Part shown: in pieces, positions 40,523-49,853 of the stretch
Layout: the number at the start of each line of letters is the position of its first letter
How positions within the stretch are numbered: the stretch's first letter is position 1
NCBI GenBank assembly: GCA_018819285.1
Contig: JAHJQM010000023.1
Location: forward strand, 1 to 63,457
Length of the DNA: 63,457 bases
Origin: Candidatus Omnitrophota bacterium
GTDB lineage: Bacteria > Omnitrophota > Gorgyraeia > Gorgyraeales > Gorgyraeaceae
Direction: 5' to 3'
The notes under the pieces: generated by a model
The model's input: only the letters and a program-made list of their open reading frames with translations
What the model was told of the DNA's origin: nothing
Databases searched by the model: none
Made by a program: the position numbers and the translations under genes

Positions 40523-41166
40523 GAGTAAGGGTTAAGTTTTGCGGAATAACATCAGTTGAAGACAGGAATAACGCAATAGCAGCAGGCGCTGACGCAATAG
40601 GAATTGTATTTTTTAAAGATAGTCCTCGTTTTGTAGCATTGAAAAAGGCAGAGAGGATAGTAAAAGATATGCCGCCTTTTATAAGCGCAGTGGGAGTTTT
40701 TGTTAATGAAGTTCTTGAATTTATTGAAGAATGCGTTGAAAGGTGTGATTTGAACGCTGTCCAGCTGCATGGCGATGAAGATGTGAAATATTGTTTTAAG
40801 TTTAAAGATTTAAACTTAAAAGGTGTAAAGCTTATAAAAGGCATAAGAATTAAAGATAAGGAAAGCCTTGTTTCTATAGAAAATTGCCCTAGCGATGCGA
40901 TTATCCTGGATGCCTATAAAAAAGGTATGTATGGTGGCACAGGTCAGGGTTTTGATCGCTCTCTTGCTATTATTGCAAAGGAATACGGGAAAAATATTAT
41001 CCTATCAGGAGGCTTAAACCCTGATAATGTTTATAATATAATAAAAGAAATAAAGCCATATGGAGTAGATGTATCCTCAGGTATTGAATCCAGTCCTGGT
41101 AAGAAGAATATTGAATTAATGGAGCGCTTTATAGAAGAAGTCAAGCGCGCAGAAGCAGACCTTTAA
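40519..41166 (+). CDS. trpF: Phosphoribosylanthranilate isomerase
   Basis: VKFCGIT, QLHGDE, GVDVSSGIE. Confidence 0.96.
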   Translation: MRVRVKFCGITSVEDRNNAIAAGADAIGIVFFKDSPRFVALKKAERIVKDMPPFISAVGVFVNEVLEFIEECVERCDLNAVQLHGDEDVKYCFKFKDLNLKGVKLIKGIRIKDKESLVSIENCPSDAIILDAYKKGMYGGTGQGFDRSLAIIAKEYGKNIILSGGLNPDNVYNIIKEIKPYGVDVSSGIESSPGKKNIELMERFIEEVKRAEADL

Positions 41167-41200
41167 TTTCTTCCCAAAATGCTCATACTTTAAACATGAT

Positions 41201-41235
41201 AAGTTGACAAATTAACATTGTCAGAGTGTCAACTT
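41201..41235. repeat. 35-bp palindrome family A, copy 5
   Basis: aagttgacaaattaacattgtcagagtgtcaactt. Confidence 0.85.
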
Positions 41236-41252
41236 TTGTTATGTCTATGGAC

Positions 41253-41292
41253 TTGACAAGCCCAATAAAATCATTATACTTCATTATACTTC
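41253..41292 (+). promoter_or_regulatory. Promoter with tandem 10-bp direct repeat (candidate operator)
   Basis: TTGACA-16 nt-TATACT; TCATTATACT x2 overlapping the -10 element. Confidence 0.55.
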
Positions 41293-41320
41293 GACTTAAA
41301 GGAATATAAAGGAATCTAGT

Positions 41321-41515
41321 ATGACTAAAGCCAAACAAGTGATGACCGTTAAGGAAATAGCTGAATATCTGGGCGTCCACCCTATGACAATATATAAATA
41401 TGTCCAGGAAAGCAAAATCCCTGCTTTTAAAATAGGCACAAGCTGGCGCATCCGAAAAGAGTCTATTAAAAAGTGGATGGATGAAAACGAACATAAAAAC
41501 CAGGAAAGTGCTTGA
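41321..41515 (+). CDS. Small excisionase/BldC-like HTH (HTH_17) DNA-binding protein
   Basis: MTVKEIAEYLGVHPMTIYK...IPAFKIG.SWRI. Confidence 0.88.
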   Translation: MTKAKQVMTVKEIAEYLGVHPMTIYKYVQESKIPAFKIGTSWRIRKESIKKWMDENEHKNQESA

Positions 41516-41597
41516 TATATAGGCAATTAGCGGTTGTCACGTTTTTAAGGCGTATGAAAAAGGAAAGATAATAAGGCGCAAAACATAGGAGACACCT

Positions 41598-42806
41598 ATG
41601 AAATATATAGTCCTGGTTGGCGATGGAATGGGAGACAGGCCTATTGAGGATCTTGGCGGAAAGACTGTTCTTGAGGCAGCTAAAATTCCTAATATGAATT
41701 TTATAGCTGAAAAAGGCAAAGTTGGTCTTACTAATATGATACCTGCCAGGATGCCGCCTGCAAGCGATGTGGCAAATCTTTCTATACTTGGATATAATCC
41801 AAAAAAATATTATACTGGCCGCGGCCCTCTAGAAGCGGTAAATATGGGCATAGATTTACAGGATAATGAAGTTGCTTTCAGGTGCAACCTGGTAACTATT
41901 TCAGACGATAAAATGGTGGATTATAGCGCAGGCCATATATCAAACGAAGAGGCGAGGGCTATAATAGAAGAATTAAATTCCAGATTAGGCGCAGAAGATA
42001 TAAAGTTTTACCCAGGCATAAGTTATAGGCACCTTGTGGTATTTAAGTGCAGAGATGAGGAAGAACAGAAAAATTTCGTAAAGACAAAATGCACACCGCC
42101 TCATGATATAGCAGGGAAGACAATTCATAGATTCCTGCCTGCAATAACGCCTCAGGCAGAAGTATTAAAAAGATTAATGCATGAATCCAGAAAGATCTTG
42201 TCTGACCATGAAGTGAACAGGGTGAGGCTTGACCTGAAAGAGAATCCTGCAAATATGATATGGTTGTGGGGCCAGGGCATAAAGCCTTTTATGCCCAAAT
42301 TTTCAAAGCTTTATCATGTAGAAGGTTCTATTATATCAGCGGTTGATCTTATAAAAGGCATAGGCAAGATTATAGGACTTGACGTCATTAATGTGCCTGG
42401 GGCTACAGGATATTATGACACCAACTATCTGGGCAAGGCAGAGTATGCTATTGATTCGCTGATGCATAAGGATTTCGTATTTGTTCACGTGGAAGCCCCT
42501 GATGAAGCAGGGCACAATGGAGATTTAAGAGAAAAAATATACAGTATAGAGAAATTTGATAAATTTGTGGTAGGCACGGTATTGAACCATTTTAAGTCTA
42601 GCAATGAAGAATACAGGATACTGGTTTTGTCAGATCACGCTACACCTATTGCATTAAAGACCCATTCCAGGGATTACGTTTGTTTTGCTATGTATGGCAC
42701 TGATATAGAGCAGGGGGCTATTAAGCATTTTAACGAAAAAGAAGCCCGCCTTTCCAAATTCCGCATAGATAAAGGCCATGAGTTAATGGAATTCTTTATA
42801 AGATAA
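41598..42806 (+). CDS. apgM: Cofactor-independent phosphoglycerate mutase, ApgM type
   Basis: DGMGD, SDVANLSILGY, GRGPLEA, HVEAPDEAGH, SDHATP. Confidence 0.9.
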   Translation: MKYIVLVGDGMGDRPIEDLGGKTVLEAAKIPNMNFIAEKGKVGLTNMIPARMPPASDVANLSILGYNPKKYYTGRGPLEAVNMGIDLQDNEVAFRCNLVTISDDKMVDYSAGHISNEEARAIIEELNSRLGAEDIKFYPGISYRHLVVFKCRDEEEQKNFVKTKCTPPHDIAGKTIHRFLPAITPQAEVLKRLMHESRKILSDHEVNRVRLDLKENPANMIWLWGQGIKPFMPKFSKLYHVEGSIISAVDLIKGIGKIIGLDVINVPGATGYYDTNYLGKAEYAIDSLMHKDFVFVHVEAPDEAGHNGDLREKIYSIEKFDKFVVGTVLNHFKSSNEEYRILVLSDHATPIALKTHSRDYVCFAMYGTDIEQGAIKHFNEKEARLSKFRIDKGHELMEFFIR

Positions 42807-42861
42807 AACCTTTCAATATTTTGATAGATTATTTTCAGCATTTGTGGTAATATTTGTCGAT

Positions 42862-44082
42862 ATGGGAAAATCTTTGATTGTTCAAAAATATGGAGGAAGT
42901 TCTGTAGCGAATACAGACAGGATAAAGAATGTAGCGAACCGCATTGCGCGTTATAAAAAACAAGGGCATAAGATAGTGGTAGTGGTTTCTGCTTTAGGAG
43001 ATACTACTGATGAGTTATTGGAACTGGCGGGCCAGATTACAGATAAACCAAGCGACAGAGAGCTGGATATGCTTATATCTACAGGCGAACAGGTATCTGT
43101 AGCGCTTTTGGCGATGGCTCTTCATAAGATAGGCATTGATGCTATATCTTTTACAGGAGCGCAAGTAGGCATTATTACAGACTGCTCTCATACAAAGGCC
43201 AAGATTCTTAAAATAAGCGCGGACAAAATCAGGGAACAGGTTGAAAAAGGGAAGGTTGTTATAGTGGCTGGTTTTCAGGGCATGAATACTGAACAGGAGA
43301 TTACAACGCTTGGCAGAGGAGGGTCAGACCTTACAGCTGTTGCTATCGCAAAGACCCTGGATGCTGATATGTGCGAGATATATACTGATGTGGAAGGTGT
43401 TTATACCGCTGACCCTAGGATTGTAAAAGACGCCAGAAAACTTTCAGTGATCAGCTATGAAGAAATGCTGGAACTGGCCTCTCTGGGCGCGCAGGTAATG
43501 CAGGCAAGGTCTATGGAGGTTGCAAAAAAATACTCAGTTCCTTTGCATATAAGATCGAGCTTTACAGATAAAGAAGGAACAATTATTTCAAAGGAGGTTA
43601 AGTCAATGGAAGAGGTTCTTGTTAGCGGAGTAACTGCAAATAAAGGCGAGGCAAAAGTAACTATTTGCGATTTGCCTGACAGGCCAGGTATAGCAGCGAA
43701 AATATTCGCAAGCCTAGCTAAACACGATATAAATGTGGATATGATAATCCAGAATATAAGCAGGCTTGGCTACACAGACCTGTCTTTTACGGTTCCTGCG
43801 GCTGAACTCAATAAGACAAAAGATGTGATGGCTAGAATAGCAAAGGCTGTGAAGGCAAAAGGCGTAGTATACAATAATGAGATCGCGAAGGTTTCAATAG
43901 TTGGCGTAGGTATGAAGACCCATTCAGGAGTCGCGGCAAAGATGTTTGGCGCTTTGGCTACAAAAAAGATCAACATAGATATGATATCAACTTCTGAAAT
44001 CAAGATATCGTGCGTGATAAATAAGAAATACGCAGACGATGCAGTGCGGGTATTGCATAAAGCGTTTGGATTGAAGAGGTAA
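42862..44082 (+). CDS. lysC: Aspartate kinase
   Basis: VQKYGGSSV, TTLGRGGSD, ACT domains. Confidence 0.97.
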   Translation: MGKSLIVQKYGGSSVANTDRIKNVANRIARYKKQGHKIVVVVSALGDTTDELLELAGQITDKPSDRELDMLISTGEQVSVALLAMALHKIGIDAISFTGAQVGIITDCSHTKAKILKISADKIREQVEKGKVVIVAGFQGMNTEQEITTLGRGGSDLTAVAIAKTLDADMCEIYTDVEGVYTADPRIVKDARKLSVISYEEMLELASLGAQVMQARSMEVAKKYSVPLHIRSSFTDKEGTIISKEVKSMEEVLVSGVTANKGEAKVTICDLPDRPGIAAKIFASLAKHDINVDMIIQNISRLGYTDLSFTVPAAELNKTKDVMARIAKAVKAKGVVYNNEIAKVSIVGVGMKTHSGVAAKMFGALATKKINIDMISTSEIKISCVINKKYADDAVRVLHKAFGLKR

Positions 44083-44085
44083 AAT

Positions 44086-45657
44086 ATGAGGGAAATCAAA
44101 ATTTACGATACTACATTGAGAGACGGTTCTCAGGGAGAAGGTATTTCTTTTTCTGTGATGGATAAGGTTAAGATTGCAAAGAAATTAGACAAGTTCGGAA
44201 TTCATTATATAGAAGGAGGGTGGCCGGGCTCAAATCCAAAGGATATGGAATTTTTCAAACAGGTCAGAAAAATTAAATTCAAGAATTCTGAGCTTGTCGC
44301 GTTTGGCAGCACAAGGCGCCCAAAGATCAATCCTTCAGACGACGAAAATCTGAAAGCCCTTATAAAATCAGGCGTGAGGCTAGCTGCTATTTTTGGCAAA
44401 ACATGGGATATGCATGTAACGGATATTCTCAGGGTATCTTTGCAGGAGAACCTGAGAATGATCTATGACACTGTAGAATTTCTCAAATCTAAGAATCTTT
44501 ATGTATTTTATGACGCGGAACATTTTTTTGACGGATATATGCGGAATAAAAATTATGCCTTGGAGACACTGCGTTCAGCTGTAAACGCGGGATGCGACGC
44601 GGTTGTTTTATGTGATACAAACGGCGGCATGCTTACTCATGAATTAGGGACTATTGTCAGGGCGATTTCCAGCGAGTGTTCTAATGTTACACTGGGGATT
44701 CACGCTCATAATGATGGCGGCCTGGCTGTAGCGAATACTTTAGCTGCGGTTGAGGCGGGCGCAAGCGTTGCGCAGGGCACGATAAATGGTTATGGCGAAA
44801 GATGCGGCAATGGAGATTTGTGCGGCATTATTCCGAATCTTCAATTGAAGATGGGATGTAAATGCTGCTCTGAATCTAAGTTGAAAGAGCTGACAGAGGT
44901 ATCCAGGTATATAAGCGAGATTTCGAATATGAGACCTCAGGATAACCAGCCTTTTGTTGGAAGGAGCGCTTTTGCGCATAAAGGCGGAGTCCATATTAAC
45001 GCGGTTATGAAGAATCCGGTGTCTTACGAGCATGTAATGCCTGAAAAGGTGGGAAATCACAGGAGAATCCTTGTTTCTGAATTGTCAGGCAAGACCAGCA
45101 TTATTCTAAAAGCAAAAGAGATGGAATTAGACCTTACAAAGGATGACCCTAAGACAAAAAGGATATTGAGATTGATTCAATCCATGGAAAATCAGGGGTA
45201 TCATTTTGAAGCTGCTGACGGGTCTTTTGAGCTTTTGATGAAAAAGGCGTTAAAAAAATATAAGCCGTGTTTCACGCTGGAAGGCTTTAAGGTCAGTATT
45301 GAAAAAAGAGAAGACGATATGCTGATTTCAGAGGCTATTATTAAGCTGAATGTGAACAAAAAAGAAGAACATACTGCTGCAATAGGAGATGGGCCTGTAA
45401 ACGCTTTGGATAATGCATTGCGCAAGGCCTTGGCAAAGTTTTACCCCGCGCTTTCAAAGATGCATCTCTCTGATTTCAAGGTAAGAGTGCTGGATGAAAA
45501 AGCAGGCACTGCTGCTAAGGTAAGGGTCCTTATTCAGTCAGAGGACGAAAATAGCTCATGGGGCACTGTCGGAGTTTCTGAGAACATAATAGAAGCAAGC
45601 TGGCAGGCTCTTGTGGATAGTGTGGAATACAAGCTATTAAAGGACAAGGCCAGATAA
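44086..45657 (+). CDS. cimA: Citramalate synthase
   Basis: DTTLRDGSQGEG, IEGGWPGSNPKD, AFAHKGG.H. Confidence 0.93.
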   Translation: MREIKIYDTTLRDGSQGEGISFSVMDKVKIAKKLDKFGIHYIEGGWPGSNPKDMEFFKQVRKIKFKNSELVAFGSTRRPKINPSDDENLKALIKSGVRLAAIFGKTWDMHVTDILRVSLQENLRMIYDTVEFLKSKNLYVFYDAEHFFDGYMRNKNYALETLRSAVNAGCDAVVLCDTNGGMLTHELGTIVRAISSECSNVTLGIHAHNDGGLAVANTLAAVEAGASVAQGTINGYGERCGNGDLCGIIPNLQLKMGCKCCSESKLKELTEVSRYISEISNMRPQDNQPFVGRSAFAHKGGVHINAVMKNPVSYEHVMPEKVGNHRRILVSELSGKTSIILKAKEMELDLTKDDPKTKRILRLIQSMENQGYHFEAADGSFELLMKKALKKYKPCFTLEGFKVSIEKREDDMLISEAIIKLNVNKKEEHTAAIGDGPVNALDNALRKALAKFYPALSKMHLSDFKVRVLDEKAGTAAKVRVLIQSEDENSSWGTVGVSENIIEASWQALVDSVEYKLLKDKAR

Positions 45658-45666
45658 GCCCTAGCC

Positions 45667-48327
45667 ATGAAAGACATACCTCCAAGATATAATCCAAAAG
45701 ATCACGAAGAGTCTATTTATTCTAAATGGGAAAATAGCGGGTTTTTTCATGCAGAGCCTGATTTTTCCAAGAAACCTTTTACTATAACAATTCCTCCTCC
45801 CAATGTTACGGGTATCCTGCATATGGGACACGCGCTGAACAATACATTGCAGGATATTCTTATAAGATGGAAAAGAATGCAAGGGTCTGCAAGTTTGTGG
45901 GTGCCTGGTACGGACCATGCTGGAATAGCTACGCAAAATGTTGTAGAAAGAAATCTGCATGAAAAAGGCATCACTAGGCAGGAGCTTGGAAGGGAAAAGT
46001 TTGTAGAAGAGATATGGAAGTGGAGGGAGAAATACGGGAATACCATTATAATGCAGCTTAAAAGACTGGGCGCTTCATGCGACTGGAAGAGAACGCGTTT
46101 TACCATGGATAAAGGCCTTTCAGAAGCAGTTTTGGAAGCATTTGTCCAACTCTATAATAAAGGTTTGATCTATAGGGGCAATTATATAATCAACTGGTGC
46201 CCCAGGTGCCGCACAGCTCTTTCCGATGAAGAAGCGCCTCACCAGAACGTAGAAGGAAAGCTGTATTATATATTGTATCTGTTTAAAGAGAGCGGAGAGC
46301 AGAGAGCGGAGAGTAAAGAAGGGGTGGTGGTGGCGACCACCAGGCCGGAGACCATGCTTGGAGATGTGGCAGTGGCTGTGAATCCAAAAGACAAAAGATA
46401 TAAGAAATTAATAGGAAAAAAACTCATATTGCCTCTTACGGAAAGAGAGATGGAAATAATAACGGACGATTTTGTGGATAAAAAGTTCGGCACAGGCGCT
46501 GTAAAAGTTACGCCCGCCCACGACTCTGATGATTACGATATGGCGAAGCGCCACAATTTGGAACCTGTGACTATTATGGGACCTGACGGAAGGATGAATG
46601 AAAATGCCGGCAGATTCAGTGGTCTGGATAGATTCGAGGCTAGAAAGTTAATAGTAGCCGAGCTTGAAGAAAAGAAACTACTAATAAAAATAGAAAAACA
46701 CGACTACGCAGTAGGGCATTGTTACAGGTGCCATACTGTTATAGAGCCGTATCTATCTTTGCAGTGGTTTGTGAGAATGAAGCCATTGGCAGAACCTGCA
46801 ATAGAAGTGGTCAAAAGAGGAAAAATTAAATTCCATCCAAAGAGGTGGACAAAGGTTTATCTGAATTGGATGGAGAATATAAAAGACTGGTGCATCTCAA
46901 GGCAGATATGGTGGGGGCATCGTTTACCTGTTTACTATTGCCAGAAATGTAACGCTGTGATTGTTTCAAAAGTTGCGCCTGAAAAATGCCAGAAGTGCGG
47001 CAGTCAGGATTTAAAACAGGATGAAGATGTGCTGGATACATGGTTTTCGTCTTGGTTGTGGCCGTTTTCAACTCTTGGATGGCCTGAAAAAACAAAAGAC
47101 CTGAGGTATTTTTACCCAACAGCTGTTTTGGTAACCGCGCCTGAGATATTATTTTTCTGGGTCGCAAGGATGATTATGTCAGGTAAGGAATTTATAAAAG
47201 AGATCCCATTCAGCGATGTTTATATACACGGGACTGTCAGGGACGCAACAGGCAAGAAGATGTCAAAATCTCTGGGCAATATAATAGACCCATTGGATAT
47301 AATAGACGAATTTGGCGCAGATGCTTTAAGATTTAGCATTATAGCTATAACCTCTGCTGGCCAAGATGTATTCTTATCAAAAGAAAAATTCGAAATAGGC
47401 AGGAATTTTGCGAATAAGATATGGAATGCGTCAAGGTTTGTGTTGATGAACGTGGGGGCGTCAGAGCTTCAGGGCACAGGAGCACTGGAAAAAGAAAATC
47501 TGAACATTGCTGACAAATGGATATTGAGTAGGTTAAATAGAACCATAGAAGCTGTGACCAAGGCATTAAAGAATTATAAATTCAATGAAGCAGAAAGCTT
47601 GGTGTATGATTTTTTCTGGCATGATTTTTGCGACTGGTATGTTGAAATGGTTAAGCCGCAGATTATAGGGCAAAGCGCGGAGAGCAAAGAGCGGAGAACA
47701 GGAGAAATTTTAATACACGTGCTTGAGAGTTCGCTGAAATTATTGCATCCGTTTATGCCGTTTGTGACAGAGGCAATATGGCAGAATATAAAAGAAAGAG
47801 AAAGCATAATGATTGCAGCTTGGCCTGAAGCAGACAAGCATTATATAGATAAAAAAATAGAGTCCGATATAGAAATAGTGAAAAATATTATAGTCAATAT
47901 AAGAAATATCCGTTCTGATATGAATATAGCTTATTCTAAAAAATTGACAGTAGGGCTTGCACCATTAAGACAAGGCGTTGGTTCTGTAATATCTGATAAT
48001 GCTGAATATATCAAAAATCTGGCCCATCTTGATAAATTGACAATAGATGAAAATTTTATAAGGCCGAAGAGCTGCCTCAGCGCTGTTGCAGAAGAGTTCA
48101 ATATATTTATTCCTTTGGAAGGCGTAATAGATGTGGCAGCAGAAAAGGCTAGGCTGACAAAGAAGCAGGATTTATTAAAGCAACAGATTGTGTTTACAGA
48201 AAAGAAATTGAAGGATAAGAATTTTATCAATAATGCTCCGGAAGAAGTAGTAAGGGCTGAGCATGAAAAGGCGGAGAAGATCAGAGAGCAAATAGATAGG
48301 TTGGGAAAGACTATTGAAGATCTGTAG
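45667..48327 (+). CDS. valS: Valine-tRNA ligase
   Basis: PPPNVTG.LHMGH, DWCISRQIWWGH, KMSKS. Confidence 0.98.
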   Translation: MKDIPPRYNPKDHEESIYSKWENSGFFHAEPDFSKKPFTITIPPPNVTGILHMGHALNNTLQDILIRWKRMQGSASLWVPGTDHAGIATQNVVERNLHEKGITRQELGREKFVEEIWKWREKYGNTIIMQLKRLGASCDWKRTRFTMDKGLSEAVLEAFVQLYNKGLIYRGNYIINWCPRCRTALSDEEAPHQNVEGKLYYILYLFKESGEQRAESKEGVVVATTRPETMLGDVAVAVNPKDKRYKKLIGKKLILPLTEREMEIITDDFVDKKFGTGAVKVTPAHDSDDYDMAKRHNLEPVTIMGPDGRMNENAGRFSGLDRFEARKLIVAELEEKKLLIKIEKHDYAVGHCYRCHTVIEPYLSLQWFVRMKPLAEPAIEVVKRGKIKFHPKRWTKVYLNWMENIKDWCISRQIWWGHRLPVYYCQKCNAVIVSKVAPEKCQKCGSQDLKQDEDVLDTWFSSWLWPFSTLGWPEKTKDLRYFYPTAVLVTAPEILFFWVARMIMSGKEFIKEIPFSDVYIHGTVRDATGKKMSKSLGNIIDPLDIIDEFGADALRFSIIAITSAGQDVFLSKEKFEIGRNFANKIWNASRFVLMNVGASELQGTGALEKENLNIADKWILSRLNRTIEAVTKALKNYKFNEAESLVYDFFWHDFCDWYVEMVKPQIIGQSAESKERRTGEILIHVLESSLKLLHPFMPFVTEAIWQNIKERESIMIAAWPEADKHYIDKKIESDIEIVKNIIVNIRNIRSDMNIAYSKKLTVGLAPLRQGVGSVISDNAEYIKNLAHLDKLTIDENFIRPKSCLSAVAEEFNIFIPLEGVIDVAAEKARLTKKQDLLKQQIVFTEKKLKDKNFINNAPEEVVRAEHEKAEKIREQIDRLGKTIEDL

Positions 48328-48334
48328 TTGGCTT

Positions 48335-48638
48335 TCTGCCCGTGCCAGCAGTTTAAGAGGCCTCTTTGACACGAGCGGGCACGGTGTCTGTTGAGCCAGG
48401 CGGAGCCATTCGGCACTGAATCGTTTCGCCGTCCGCTACGGTTTATGGTTCGTTCTTCTGTCGACTATCGTATTGTCAATCGAACAGAACTCACCATAAA
48501 TCCTTGCGGACTTTTGCCGAAACGATTCTAATGTGCCTCAGACCCCGCCTGGCTCAACAGACGAGCGAGGGTCAAAACGGAGCAAAATTTTCACGCTGGG
48601 AAAATTTTGCGTCCTCGCAAACTGCTGGCACGGGCAGA
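48335..48638. repeat. Large structured element family D, copy 1 (candidate ncRNA or non-autonomous element)
   Basis: 20-bp perfect terminal inverted repeat tctgcccgtgccagcagttt; nested stems; homologous to 49523-49838. Confidence 0.8.
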
Positions 48639-48655
48639 GTTAATGGTTAAATAAG

Positions 48656-49516
48656 ATGAAACTTACAAAAGAAAAGGTATTCCCAATAATTATAAGCGCT
48701 TTAAAAGAAGATATCGGTTCCGGAGATATTACAAGTGCAATTGTCTTTGAAAAGGACATTAATTTATTGGCGCATATTATAGCAAAAGAAGAATGTATTT
48801 TAGCCGGCATAGATGTTGCAAAATGGGTTTTTGACGCAGTTGATGAAAAAATAGCATTTACAGCTTTATTTAAGGACGGAGACAGTGTTAAGAAAAATAA
48901 AAGAGTTCTGTCTATAAAGGGTTCTGTGAAAAACATACTATCAGCCGAGAGGACTGTTTTAAATTTTCTTGGGCACCTTTCCGGCGTAGCGACGCTTACT
49001 GCTGAGTTTGTGAAAGAAATAAAAGGCACGGCTGCAAAGATATATGATACCAGAAAGACAACTCCTGGTTTAAGAGAAATGGAAAAATACGCTGTTGGCG
49101 CAGGAGGAGGATCTAATTTCAGAGTTGGTCTCTGGGACGGAATAATGATAAAGGATAATCATTTAAGAGCATTAAGAGAAAACGCTATAAAAGAATCAGT
49201 TTCTATGTTCAAAGGCAGGGGGTATAAAAATATTGAAGTTGAGGTGGAAAATATTGCAGAGTTTGAAGATGCTCTGGATGCAGGCGCGGATATTATAATG
49301 TTGGATAATATGAAGCCTGAAGAAATTAAAAAGGCAGTCAGGCTTAAAGATACAAGGAGTAAGGGCCGGTTTAGAAACGTAATTTTAGAAGCTTCTGGCG
49401 GGATTAGTTTGGAGAATGTAAAAAAGATCGCTAAAACAGGGGCTGACAGAATTTCAATAGGCAAACTCACCCACTCAGTTCCTTCAATAGATTTTTCGTT
49501 GGAGATTTGTAAGTAG
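48656..49516 (+). CDS. nadC: Quinolinate phosphoribosyltransferase
   Basis: EDIGSGDIT, DTRKTTPG, IKDNH, EVEV, MLDN, EASGGI. Confidence 0.95.
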   Translation: MKLTKEKVFPIIISALKEDIGSGDITSAIVFEKDINLLAHIIAKEECILAGIDVAKWVFDAVDEKIAFTALFKDGDSVKKNKRVLSIKGSVKNILSAERTVLNFLGHLSGVATLTAEFVKEIKGTAAKIYDTRKTTPGLREMEKYAVGAGGGSNFRVGLWDGIMIKDNHLRALRENAIKESVSMFKGRGYKNIEVEVENIAEFEDALDAGADIIMLDNMKPEEIKKAVRLKDTRSKGRFRNVILEASGGISLENVKKIAKTGADRISIGKLTHSVPSIDFSLEICK

Positions 49517-49522
49517 ATAATG

Positions 49523-49838
49523 TTAAGGGCCTCTGGCAGGCCTACGAAAAGCCTCGCCGATTCGAGCGGGCACGGTGTCCGCTGAGCCAGACTGGGGTCA
49601 TTCGGCACGAAATAATTTTGCCGTCCACTACGGTTTACAGCTTGTTTCTGTGTCGACTATCGTTTTGTCAACTGATCGAAACTCGCTGTAATCCCTTGCG
49701 GACATTTGCCAAAATTTTTCTAATGTGCCTCAGGCCCCAGTCTGGCTCACAGCGGACGAGCGAGAATCTGCGCGGAGCGAAGGACGCCACGCTGGGGCGT
49801 CCAAGCGTCTTTTTGTAGGCCTGCCAGAGGCCTCTTAA
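49523..49838. repeat. Large structured element family D, copy 2
   Basis: 18-bp perfect terminal inverted repeat ggcctctggcaggcctac; same loop motifs as copy 1 with different stems. Confidence 0.8.
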
Positions 49839-49853
49839 ACTAAAGCCTTATTT

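Noticed and set aside
32111-41166. Missing hisG/hisC/hisE and trpA/trpB as evidence of auxotrophy
   Set aside because: Split his and trp operons are common; the genes may lie outside the window
41321-41515. Prophage excisionase
   Set aside because: No integrase or phage genes nearby; it sits in a housekeeping run
49618-49818. 66-aa ORF, and the minus-strand ORFs 47931-48416 and 49159-49608
   Set aside because: They run through the structured repeats or lie antisense to real genes, and have no RBS or recognisable motifs
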